64,000 nt of DNA from Candidatus Uhrbacteria bacterium (GTDB lineage Bacteria > Patescibacteriota > Patescibacteriia > UBA9934 > GWF2-40-263). Shown one piece after another: positions 37,026-45,570 of the stretch (its first letter is position 1; each line of letters begins with the position of its first letter). The stretch lies in NCBI GenBank assembly GCA_016188495.1, contig JACPHU010000009.1, forward strand, positions 13,650 through 77,649, read 5' to 3'. Position numbers and translations under genes: made by a program. The notes under the pieces were generated by a model, which was not told where the DNA came from, did no database searches, and saw nothing but the letters and a program-made list of their open reading frames with translations.

Positions 37026-37361
37026 TTAAGGTTTTTTCTGCTGTCTTACGTTGAACTCCCCATCAGAAGTTTGTTTTCCGTCACGGGTTATTTTGAAACG
37101 ACCCTTTATCTGGCCATTTGTTTGTTCTGCGACTCCACCGATTCGGTGGATTTCAGGATGACCGGATTGTCCATTGGTTGCCCAAGGTTCATTTTCAAAG
37201 CGGCCTTGTTGCACATGAATTTCTGCTTCTCCCACCCCATGGATGGTTAGACGATGTTTTCCTCCGTCGATTTCCACCATGTCTACTCTGCGTGCATTCC
37301 TATTTCCATTGGGGGTGGTGATATGCGCATGCCCCTTGTACGTTGGTCCGGTTTCAGACAT
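37026..37361 (-). CDS. Hypothetical small protein (111 aa, Gly/His-rich)
   Basis: ORF with a plausible terminator downstream; no recognised motifs. Confidence 0.4.
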   Translation of the reverse strand: MSETGPTYKGHAHITTPNGNRNARRVDMVEIDGGKHRLTIHGVGEAEIHVQQGRFENEPWATNGQSGHPEIHRIGGVAEQTNGQIKGRFKITRDGKQTSDGEFNVRQQKKP

Positions 37362-37683
37362 CGATACCTCCTTATAGTGGTTTAAGATCTTGAAAGACAG
37401 TAATTTTTTTCTGTTTATTTGTCAAAAAGAAGAAGTTTCCTCTCTTGAAAGAAAAAGAGAGATTAGGTACTATTTCGTGGTCAAAGATACATTTAGTGAG
37501 CTTTCGCAACATGAGCTTACATCCCGGATCTGACTAGGTGTCAGATTCCGGTCGCTAAGTTTGGAAATGTTCAAACTCCGTTTGATTATTTCGTTTACTA
37601 CGCTCCCGGAGGCGGTAGAAACCGCATCCGGTCGCTCCGTTCGGCAGAAACAAGATCTGATCTTGTTTCTGCGCTCACTACGC

Positions 37684-37757
37684 TCCCGGATCGTCTAACG
37701 GCAGGACGACTGGTTCTGGTCCAGTTAATCGGGGTTCGAATCCCTGTCCGGGAACCA
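37684..37757 (+). tRNA. tRNA-Gln (anticodon CTG)
   Basis: U1-A72 acceptor tcccgga/tccggga, D arm gtc-taacggcag-gac, anticodon stem actgg/ccagt with loop ttCTGgt, T arm cgggg-ttcgaat-ccctg, encoded CCA. Confidence 0.85.
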
Positions 37758-37759
37758 AC

Positions 37760-37796
37760 AAAAGAACTCACCTTATCGGTGAGTTCTTTTGTTTTG
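37760..37796 (+). terminator. Rho-independent terminator after tRNA-Gln
   Basis: aaaagaactcacc-ttatc-ggtgagttctttt followed by gtttt. Confidence 0.75.
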
Positions 37797-37931
37797 AGGA
37801 CAGGGATTCGAACGGGAAGGGTTTTGGGAAGCACCTGTTTCTCCATCAGGCCTGATTTTGAAATTTCCTGACGAGGATCGAAAAGATAGCGATGAGGAAC
37901 AATTCTGGCCATTTCTGCCAACACCTCCAGC

Positions 37932-37978
37932 CGAAATAATCATTTCTGTCAACTCTTATTGACAGAAATGATTATTTT
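37932..37978 (+). terminator. Perfect 19-bp hairpin (terminator-like) containing TTGACAGAA
   Basis: aaataatcatttctgtcaa-ctctta-ttgacagaaatgattattt. It shares the tctgtcaa/ttgacaga core with the cysS terminator. Confidence 0.55.
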
Positions 37979-38002
37979 TGGTAAAAGAGGACCTTCGGAA
38001 TT

Positions 38003-39256
38003 TTGGATTCTGGAGAAGAGAACGTCGTTCTTTGGAGGGTAAAAAACATGAAAAGACCGGATGTGCGAGTGCAGCAGTTCGATCCGACCGATTTCGTGAT
38101 CAGGGCAAATACGGAGATGTTCATCACAAACAGACAAGATTGGATCTTTCGTTGGATTGAAACCAAAGAACAAAGTTTGCAGATGGCGGAGAAGCACCTT
38201 AAGGAGCTCGTCAATCTCCAAGCTCGTAGGTGTCCTACGTGGCATCGTGTTCTTGCGGGCATGATGGTCTATTATCCGCTCTTCAAATGGCGGAGAGCCT
38301 TTTGTGCCTGGTCTTTGAAGAAAGTGATCATTCCTTTCTTCTTGATCGTCACCTTCCCGCTTCGCTGGTCGTTTAACAGGCTGAAGGAGTGGTTAGACGA
38401 TAATACGGATCTGGTTGCGAAGGGGATTTCTCGTATTCCACAGATCCTGAAGCTTCTGTTGACTGGATCTGGACTGTTTGCTCTATTCTTTGGTCTCTGG
38501 GTGGCTCTCGATTATGGTTACTACAGAGACATAGCTAATGGCGCCAAGACGGTCGCAACGACCGTGGTTATTGAAGCGCCTCTTAAGGTAAAAGCGTCTG
38601 TGGTTGATTGGCATTTAGATCGAGTGCGTACCGAGCAACAGTTACGTTTGGAAAGACAGAAGATTATTGAAACTCATCGAAAGTGGGAACAGGAAAATCC
38701 AACCGAAGCTGCTCGTCTCAGAGCAGAGGAGGAGCGCAAACGTCTGGAAGAGTTGGAAAGAGAACGCGAAGCGACAGAACGCAAGTGGGAAGAACGGATG
38801 CTGGATATTCTTGGCTTTCTTAAGGCCATTGGAGCTCTCCTTCTTGGCGGTATTTGCCTCGTCTTAGCGACTACGGGTTTTCTTCTGGTCTTGTGGTTGC
38901 TGGCCAAGACGATCAAACCACTCCAGCGTTTCCTTAACGCTGTGTATGAAATCAGTTTGACTCTCATTGCACTGCTATTCATTGGTTTCGAGAAATACAC
39001 ACCCACCTTTTATCGGTGGACAGAACGTTCCATAGATTTTGTCTTCGTTGAATTCCCAGCTCTCGTTCGCAAAGGGTGGTCCTTGGTGAAATATGCGTGG
39101 GATTGGGCTTGGGGTAAGCTCTGTCCCGCCCTGAGCGTCCGTGGCGCGCAAGATATGTTGCAGGACGTTCAGGCGCAGCTGGCACAGCTGCGTGCTCAGA
39201 ACAATCCTCCGCAAACTTCCCCGGCGCCTGAAGTTGAAGAAGAGGGGGAGGAATAA
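38003..39256 (+). CDS. Hypothetical polytopic membrane protein with a central charged coiled coil
   Basis: 417 aa with TM helices at both ends and a central ERQKIIETHRKWEQENPTEAARLRAEEERKRLEELEREREATERKWEER segment. Confidence 0.55.
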   Translation: MDSGEENVVLWRVKNMKRPDVRVQQFDPTDFVIRANTEMFITNRQDWIFRWIETKEQSLQMAEKHLKELVNLQARRCPTWHRVLAGMMVYYPLFKWRRAFCAWSLKKVIIPFFLIVTFPLRWSFNRLKEWLDDNTDLVAKGISRIPQILKLLLTGSGLFALFFGLWVALDYGYYRDIANGAKTVATTVVIEAPLKVKASVVDWHLDRVRTEQQLRLERQKIIETHRKWEQENPTEAARLRAEEERKRLEELEREREATERKWEERMLDILGFLKAIGALLLGGICLVLATTGFLLVLWLLAKTIKPLQRFLNAVYEISLTLIALLFIGFEKYTPTFYRWTERSIDFVFVEFPALVRKGWSLVKYAWDWAWGKLCPALSVRGAQDMLQDVQAQLAQLRAQNNPPQTSPAPEVEEEGEE

Positions 39257-39264
39257 TCAACACG

Positions 39265-39304
39265 AACCGCTTTCTATCTATACAAAGAAGAAAGCGGTTT
39301 TTTA
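39265..39304 (+). terminator. Rho-independent terminator
   Basis: aaccgctttct-(13-nt loop)-agaaagcggtt followed by tttt. Confidence 0.65.
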
Positions 39305-39566
39305 TTGACATGGCTTAGATCTGACTTTTGAAGGCGCAGACCATGTCGTAGTGGAAGAGACATTCTCCCTGCAGACAAAGGGAGAGTCTCAGGAAACAAC
39401 AATCACTTATCCCTATTATCGATATGACCGAATCGTTGATGTCTGAGTCGATTTTTAGTCGGGGGACGGTTACTATGCCTTCGATCTTGTGAGCAGACAG
39501 TGGGACGAAAAGGAATAAGATATTTTCTTTTTTAATCAGATAGTCAGACGTGTTTAATCTGTCAAT

Positions 39567-39603
39567 AAAATCACCGATGTGCTATCGGTGATTTTATTTT
39601 TTT
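39567..39603. terminator. Bidirectional Rho-independent terminator
   Basis: aaaatcaccgat-gtgct-atcggtgatttt, with A-run and T-run either side. It sits downstream of the minus-strand GT gene. Confidence 0.7.
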
Positions 39604-39643
39604 AAGATTTAAAGATCATCGTTTGGTTATGAAATAAACATTC

Positions 39644-40765
39644 TCACGTTATCATTCCTTCCAGAATCGGAATGATTGTATCCTGACCTGAGCCTCGTAA
39701 TAAAATGGTTTTATCATGACGAATATTTTGTTCGAATGTCGGAAGATGTTTTTCAAAGTTCTTTAATGCGTGTTTTGTAAGACCAGGAGCAGATATGCCG
39801 AATCCGCCCTTTTGAATGACGGCCGCATTCATATGTTGTTCGTACGGCGCAATCGCAATGGCATAGACGGGGATTCCAAGATACATACATTCAGACAGCA
39901 GCGAATGACCGGCGGTAGCAATCATACCGTGACAGCGTGCGAGTAGAGGTAAAAATTGTTTGTCACCATGTGGATGGATATGCCAGTTGGATTGCCGTTG
40001 CTGTCTGAAGAATGTGACCTCTGACGCTTGTACAAAAAGATGCAGATCTGTTTTTTTAATGGATTGCAAGGCTTGTACGGTTTCTTTTTGTGATTGAATA
40101 AACTTGCGCGCGGCGGAAATGTAAACAAGAAGCGATGGATTGAGACTTTTTGATCGTGCAAGTTCGCGTACCTTTTGTTTGATGATGGAAGGAAAAATTT
40201 CTACATCGTCAACAGCCTGAGGGGATCGTGTGACATGAAAAAAAGAACAAGCGATGCGTTTTGCGGCATAGGGGAAAAACATGTGTAAGCGCGCAACCTC
40301 ATCTTGATAGCTTAACCCGTGTAGGATTTTTGGAAATTGGCCGATCAGATATTTGCTTTGTTGATCGATCGTTACAAGTGGGGATTGATACAGATAAGCG
40401 TATTGTGCGCTGAGTGGTTCATAATCTGTAATCACAAGATTCGGTTTGCCAATAAATTCCTCTGCGCGTTTCATGGCCATGAGATTTGTGCGCAAGTAGG
40501 TGCTCGACTGATTGATGGGTTCTTTTGCCGCTTTCCAAAAATCCAGACCTGTTTTGGATCCGGTGAGGAAGGGGATTTCAATGCGTTCCACATGCACAGA
40601 GGCACGGTGCCGAAATTGTTTGCGATAAAATTCCTCGCTTTGCCCATGCGCAAAAATGGTGACACGACCACAGGCGGCGAAATGTTCAACAAGCGGAAGT
40701 TGACGAAATGTGTGTCCATAGCCGATTCCAGAAATGCCAAAAAGAATGTGTGGAGTTTTTTTCAT
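39644..40765 (-). CDS. Glycosyltransferase (GT1/GT28 MurG-like fold)
   Basis: Start MKKTPHILFGISGIGYGHTF (N-terminal Gly-rich loop). C-terminal donor-binding region GMIATAGHSLLSECMYLGIPVYAI. Its start overlaps the HprK-like stop (ATGA). Confidence 0.7.
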   Translation of the reverse strand: MKKTPHILFGISGIGYGHTFRQLPLVEHFAACGRVTIFAHGQSEEFYRKQFRHRASVHVERIEIPFLTGSKTGLDFWKAAKEPINQSSTYLRTNLMAMKRAEEFIGKPNLVITDYEPLSAQYAYLYQSPLVTIDQQSKYLIGQFPKILHGLSYQDEVARLHMFFPYAAKRIACSFFHVTRSPQAVDDVEIFPSIIKQKVRELARSKSLNPSLLVYISAARKFIQSQKETVQALQSIKKTDLHLFVQASEVTFFRQQRQSNWHIHPHGDKQFLPLLARCHGMIATAGHSLLSECMYLGIPVYAIAIAPYEQHMNAAVIQKGGFGISAPGLTKHALKNFEKHLPTFEQNIRHDKTILLRGSGQDTIIPILEGMIT

Positions 40766-41649
40766 AATGTTGAAATGGTTTGCGAGAGATAGGCGAGGCT
40801 GCCTTCGACGCGCACAACAGGAAGTGTTTGGATGGAGTTCCAAAGCTGTGTAATGAGAAACGATTCAATCCCTGCAGGACGTTTATCTGTGAGAATATTT
40901 CCTGCGGTTCCAATCAGTACATCCGCGTTTACGAGATCGAGGAAGAATGGAAAGAGTCGATGAAGTGCGCTCATCGGTGATAGATGTTCTGTTGATTCGA
41001 CTCCATCGTTTAGGCGCACGAACACAATGGCTCGAACCGGAACGTGTGATCGTCTCGAATATTTTTCTTGTGTCATGATGAATGCCTTGCGATTGCCATA
41101 CGCTATTTCTTTGTTCGTGCCTGGGATTGTTTGTGCATGAAGCGTCATTGTTTGTGTGCCAGCAATGGCTTCCATCGAATGGAGGGATGTCCATTCGATA
41201 ATGGTTTTGTTTCCAGCGAAGAGGCGTTTTCCTTGTTGAATGAGTTCAAATGCAATGCGGGTTTTTCCTACTCCCGAATGACCTACAAGCAAAATAGCTC
41301 CTGCGTCATCCTCGACACATGCAGCATGCACAGAAAATAGATGACGATCGAGCCATGCGCGACGTGTGAGGCTATAGAGGAGGAAATACGTATCTGGAGA
41401 AACATGATTTGTCCATGTGTCGTGAAGCACGAAAGAGTACCGACCGGTTTCCTCGAGTGCCTGTGTTTTTCTTGTTTGACGATGGGTCAATACGATATCC
41501 GCAACCTGTGTCATAGGTGCTGAAGCACACTTAAGACCTGGAAGATACGCCTGCGCAAGGACAAGATCATCCGGGTGGAAAGATTCTAAAAAATCACTTT
41601 CGAGTTTGAGAGTGAGATCGCCGGGAAGAGAAAAGAAAAGGCTCGTCAT
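40762..41649 (-). CDS. HPr kinase/phosphorylase C-terminal-domain-like P-loop protein (HprK-related kinase)
   Basis: 295 aa. P-loop LLVGHSGVGKTRIAFELIQQG resembles the HprK GDSGVGKSE motif. No N-terminal HprK regulatory domain. Confidence 0.55.
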   Translation of the reverse strand: MTSLFFSLPGDLTLKLESDFLESFHPDDLVLAQAYLPGLKCASAPMTQVADIVLTHRQTRKTQALEETGRYSFVLHDTWTNHVSPDTYFLLYSLTRRAWLDRHLFSVHAACVEDDAGAILLVGHSGVGKTRIAFELIQQGKRLFAGNKTIIEWTSLHSMEAIAGTQTMTLHAQTIPGTNKEIAYGNRKAFIMTQEKYSRRSHVPVRAIVFVRLNDGVESTEHLSPMSALHRLFPFFLDLVNADVLIGTAGNILTDKRPAGIESFLITQLWNSIQTLPVVRVEGSLAYLSQTISTL

Positions 41650-41702
41650 AGAACTTAATCTATAGGAATGTTACTCTTAGGCAGTCAGATCATCATATCA
41701 CT

Positions 41703-42899
41703 ATGAAACGAATTCTTCTCGTCAGTCCACCGTTTAGCGGCCACCTCAATGTGTTGAAGTTGCTTGCTTCTCAATATGCAGATGTCTATGATTTTTCGCT
41801 TGCTATTACGGGGTGGAAAAATATAGAACCGGATTTTTCTGGTTTTGATGGGGAAGTTGATCTTCTTGCCAAACAAGAATTAGACACAGCGGATCCAGCC
41901 ATGTGGACATTTTCGCGCATGAATGAACTGATTCCAGATTTACGCAACGTTGTGGACCGCATCCGTCCTGATTTGATCGTGTATGATTTCTTTTCTCTGG
42001 AGGGATATTGCGTTGGAAAAGAAAAGGGTATTACTGTTTGGTGTTCGATTCCTGCATTTCTTGGACCAAATGACAACCAGACATATCTTGAACACAAGTT
42101 TGCATTTTCAGAAAACCAAGAGGCTTGGAACCAATTGCAGCGCACGACAGATACGCTTCGCTCTTTGTCTCAAATCGAAATGATCTCAGATGGATTTCAT
42201 CTTCCGGGTGATGTGAATCTTGTATGGTCCTATGAATCCCTCATTCCAAAAAATTATCAAGAGGGCCGAGCAAATGCTCCGTATGTTTTTCTTGGAAGTT
42301 TGACGAAATCTTCGAATCTACGCATAGCCACAAAACGTCCGGTCGTTTATGTATCGTTTGGAACAGTGGTGATGGATAATCTTTGGAATCACCACAAAGA
42401 CATTCAAATGAATCTCCTGGCTTTTTTTCAAATGCTTGCAGAACTCTGGAGTGATGCGGAGTTCGATGTTGTGTGTGTGACACGTGGTAAACCAATTTTA
42501 CAACAAGCCCCCTCAAACTGGCGGCTTGTTGCCCATGCCAATCAATTAGAGGAACTTGCGTACGCAACCATTTTTGTGACACATGGTGGTTCCAATAGTT
42601 TTCATGAGTCGCTCGTGTCCGGTGTTCCAATGGTTGTCGTTCCTTTTTTTGGTGATCAAATTCTTGTCGCAAAACAGGTCGAAGCGCTTCAGATCGGAAC
42701 GTCGCTTGTGCAACAGGACAGTATTGATACAGGGAATGCGGGAACACAATTGAGCGCACACACGGCTGTACGCGTTGATCAGGCTGTTAAAAAAATTTTG
42801 GCCGATGTATCCGAATATAAACGTCACATCGAAATGACGGATTTACACGCGACATCGTTTCCGAAAGTCATTGAGGAATTTTTTCATCGGGAAATATAA
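41703..42899 (+). CDS. GT1-family glycosyltransferase (UDP-glycosyltransferase / MGT-like)
   Basis: Signature region HGGSNSFHESLVSGVPMVVVPFFGDQILVAKQVEALQIG, and N-terminal GHLN. Confidence 0.75.
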   Translation: MKRILLVSPPFSGHLNVLKLLASQYADVYDFSLAITGWKNIEPDFSGFDGEVDLLAKQELDTADPAMWTFSRMNELIPDLRNVVDRIRPDLIVYDFFSLEGYCVGKEKGITVWCSIPAFLGPNDNQTYLEHKFAFSENQEAWNQLQRTTDTLRSLSQIEMISDGFHLPGDVNLVWSYESLIPKNYQEGRANAPYVFLGSLTKSSNLRIATKRPVVYVSFGTVVMDNLWNHHKDIQMNLLAFFQMLAELWSDAEFDVVCVTRGKPILQQAPSNWRLVAHANQLEELAYATIFVTHGGSNSFHESLVSGVPMVVVPFFGDQILVAKQVEALQIGTSLVQQDSIDTGNAGTQLSAHTAVRVDQAVKKILADVSEYKRHIEMTDLHATSFPKVIEEFFHREI

Positions 42900-42908
42900 T
42901 CGAGATAT

Positions 42909-42944
42909 AAAAACACCCAGCGTTTGCTGGGTGTTTTTATTTTG
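42909..42944. terminator. Bidirectional Rho-independent terminator
   Basis: aaaaacacccagc-gttt-gctgggtgttttt. Confidence 0.75.
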
Positions 42945-42961
42945 GGAAAAAGAGAGGGTTT

Positions 42962-43825
42962 TTATGCAAGCAGTCCGAGTCCGACCATCCCGAGGGCTAC
43001 GGCAATGAGTATGAGAATGCGAGAAGGAGGAGTCTGTTTGCTTTTGAATAATGGACTGAATAACAATACGATGAGTGGTTGTAGGCCGCTGACGGTGCTC
43101 ACGAGTCCGGCGGATCCCAATCGAATAGCTCCCATCCGCAGGAGGCTGGCCGTAAGATCAAGAAGTTCATTCAGTACAAAGCGTTTGCGTAGGCGAGTAT
43201 TTTTTAGGGCCATTGTAATTTGACGGCGCGCAGGTGGGACAGCAAGAAGAAGTGTTATTGTGGCGATAAGGACACCAACAGACACCCAGGCAATCCCATC
43301 AAGAATAGAGGTGTGTCTGAAAATGTATTCTAAGAGAGTAAATTCAATAGCCGTTGTAAGCGAGGCGAGCAGCATCCATCCTACGGCAACAGCCGGGATG
43401 TGGTGTGAGCCGGTGGGTTGGTAGCTCGTCAAAAATGAACTTGCAATGAGGAAGATCATGGCGATGTATTCCTTGACAGCGAGTTGTTCACCCAGGAAGA
43501 GCCAGGTAGAAAAGACAACAAGAACGGGTGCGAGATTCCATAGCAGGATGACGTTTGCCGTATGTGTTTTTTCGAGAGCTTTGTAGTACGGCCAATAGAC
43601 GAACAATCCGACGGCTCCACCAAGCAGAGCAGCGACGACAATAGGGGGTGAGGGTGCGGCAATGTTGAGGAGGGGAATGAGTAACACAGGAATCGAGCCA
43701 AATAGGCCTGTGACAAACGTGAGGACATTTGGATCTTGTCGCTGACGTTCGAGGAGATCTGAATCGATAAGGTTGGTGAACCCCCAGAGAGTCGTTGCAA
43801 CGAGTGTGAGTAGAAGCCATGTCAT
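42962..43825 (-). CDS. EamA/DMT-superfamily transporter (10 TM)
   Basis: 287 aa, highly hydrophobic, with duplicated EamA-like halves. Confidence 0.7.
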   Translation of the reverse strand: MTWLLLTLVATTLWGFTNLIDSDLLERQRQDPNVLTFVTGLFGSIPVLLIPLLNIAAPSPPIVVAALLGGAVGLFVYWPYYKALEKTHTANVILLWNLAPVLVVFSTWLFLGEQLAVKEYIAMIFLIASSFLTSYQPTGSHHIPAVAVGWMLLASLTTAIEFTLLEYIFRHTSILDGIAWVSVGVLIATITLLLAVPPARRQITMALKNTRLRKRFVLNELLDLTASLLRMGAIRLGSAGLVSTVSGLQPLIVLLFSPLFKSKQTPPSRILILIAVALGMVGLGLLA

Positions 43826-44254
43826 AGTTCATACATGATAACAAAAATTACCTAGAGTTCTAGGTGATTTTTGTGGTGAGCCCAAGGAAGGCTGTCATGA
43901 ACTACCTCGAACGAGCACGCGAGCTCATGCCAGTTATGATGGGATGGAATCGCGACGTTGCAGGGTTTTTGGAGCGTCCTCGTGGCATCCAGAGCCTTGT
44001 GGTGACGTACTAATGCGACGTATTATTGGAGGCATCAATCAAAACATAAACCTATGGGAACAGAACGAAAAGACGCCTTGATCAATGTGGTGCAACATCT
44101 GCCCGCAGCAGCGCAACGTCCAGCCGATAAACCAGCAGGGACGGTCGTTACGAGTAGTGGCGAGCGTGTCACATTGGGCGAGAAGCCGAGTCACAACACC
44201 GCCATACTCTCTACTCAACAGCGCATGAACACAAAGAAGCAGGGATAATGAGAT

Positions 44255-44677
44255 ATGCAAAGCCACTTTGTGATAGACCCATCCGTAAAAGATCAATTTG
44301 TAGAACTCCGAGCGCAAGGCATGAGCTTTGCGTCGATTTCGTCGCGCCTTAACGTCTCGAAAGGTACGCTCGTCGCGTGGAGCAAGGAGTTGAAGGACGA
44401 ACTCGGTAACATGCGACAAATCCAGCTTGAAGCCATACGTGAGAAGTTCCGCATGGGCTCGCAGCGTCGCATGGAGCTATTCGTCAAGCAGTTGGATGCC
44501 GTGGAAGGTGAACTGGCCACTCGCACCCTCGACATCGTCTCAACGGAAAAACTATTCGATATGCTTGTGAAGCTCGGCCATGAGCTTAACGCGACCGATG
44601 CACCGCTTACGTTCAAGGAACAATCAAAGGAGTTCGTTCTCGACGACATCGCGTGCATGTCTGTTTGGGAAGCATAG
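44255..44677 (+). CDS. HTH DNA-binding protein (phage/ICE-type regulator or terminase-small-subunit-like)
   Basis: 140 aa with HTH QGMSFASISSRLNVSKGTLVAW. Confidence 0.5.
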   Translation: MQSHFVIDPSVKDQFVELRAQGMSFASISSRLNVSKGTLVAWSKELKDELGNMRQIQLEAIREKFRMGSQRRMELFVKQLDAVEGELATRTLDIVSTEKLFDMLVKLGHELNATDAPLTFKEQSKEFVLDDIACMSVWEA

Positions 44678-44827
44678 AAAAATTTGAACATTCCTGTACG
44701 AAAAATGACCGTCCTCGCGGCGGTTGTTTTGATATTTTGAAACGTTCATCAGATGCCAGTAAATAAAAAGAGCGCATCCGACGAGACGTAAGCCGAGTGG
44801 CTCTTGCCCCGCGCGGATGCGCGAGTG

Positions 44828-45439
44828 TCACTTGAGGTGGATCAACTCCATACCGCTCGCTTCCATGTCCGAGTCGTCGGTATGAGTGTCTCCACCCTCG
44901 ACGAGCACAGAGGAATAGTACCCATCGCCACGCCCATACGAGTCGATGAACAGCTTGTGGCCGTTCTCGAACTCGATGACGAGTGCCACGCCGTTCTGCG
45001 TCATGGCAACCACATGGCCGTTGCCAGCGAGTGCGAGTTGCTTGGACAAGAAGGCGGAGACGGCCTCCGCGTGCTGTCGTGCGGCCTCTTCGTGCCTTCG
45101 TTTCTCCTCGTCCTTCCGCCATTGCTCGTTCTTGGCCTTCGCACTCGCATTGGTCAGGGTCATGTGGACACCGACCTTCTCGACCTCGTGCCACCCGCCG
45201 CCTTCGATCTTCTTCCGCTGCTGTTTGACCATGCGCGGCCGCTTGACGATGATTTCCTCGACCTCAGGACTCCCGTGCTGGATGCTGCGGTTCTTCCCGT
45301 CCATGATGAGTCGAGACACGTCTCCACCGTCTGATGCAAGGACGAGCTCCTCGCCCTCAACGCAAGCCGAGGAGACCATCTGCCGCCCAAGAACCCATCC
45401 GCCCTTCCCGATTTCCGCAATCAACTCCTGAATGTCCAT
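44828..45439 (-). CDS. Hypothetical protein (~203 aa)
   Basis: Start MDIQELIAEI preceded by SD gaggag. Competing same-region frames have Leu/Arg-rich, low-complexity composition typical of GC-rich noise. Confidence 0.45.
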   Translation of the reverse strand: MDIQELIAEIGKGGWVLGRQMVSSACVEGEELVLASDGGDVSRLIMDGKNRSIQHGSPEVEEIIVKRPRMVKQQRKKIEGGGWHEVEKVGVHMTLTNASAKAKNEQWRKDEEKRRHEEAARQHAEAVSAFLSKQLALAGNGHVVAMTQNGVALVIEFENGHKLFIDSYGRGDGYYSSVLVEGGDTHTDDSDMEASGMELIHLK

Positions 45440-45570
45440 GATGACTCCTCGGTATATGTGTGAGAGGTGGTATGCCTGCAAGTGAAAGAAACGACTGAAA
45501 AATATACCACAAAACAGCCTTTTGTCAATGGCCGCATGGTCGTTTTTGTGATAAAATGGCCTAAAATCCT

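Noticed and set aside
37598-37924. 108-aa minus-strand ORF spanning tRNA-Gln and its terminator
   Set aside because: It overlaps an intact tRNA gene and a strong terminator hairpin, so it is most likely spurious.
42924-43223. 99-aa plus-strand ORF
   Set aside because: It overlaps the EamA transporter gene on the opposite strand and the bidirectional terminator. The EamA frame has the expected hydrophobic periodicity.
44613-45431. Overlapping alternative ORFs (44613-45194 minus, 44804-45334 plus, 44946-45431 plus, 44983-45228 plus, 45160-45420 minus) in the GC-rich island
   Set aside because: Their translations are Arg/Leu/Pro-rich and low-complexity. I retained the 44828-45439 minus frame, which has protein-like composition and a GAGGAG RBS. 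Its function remains unknown.
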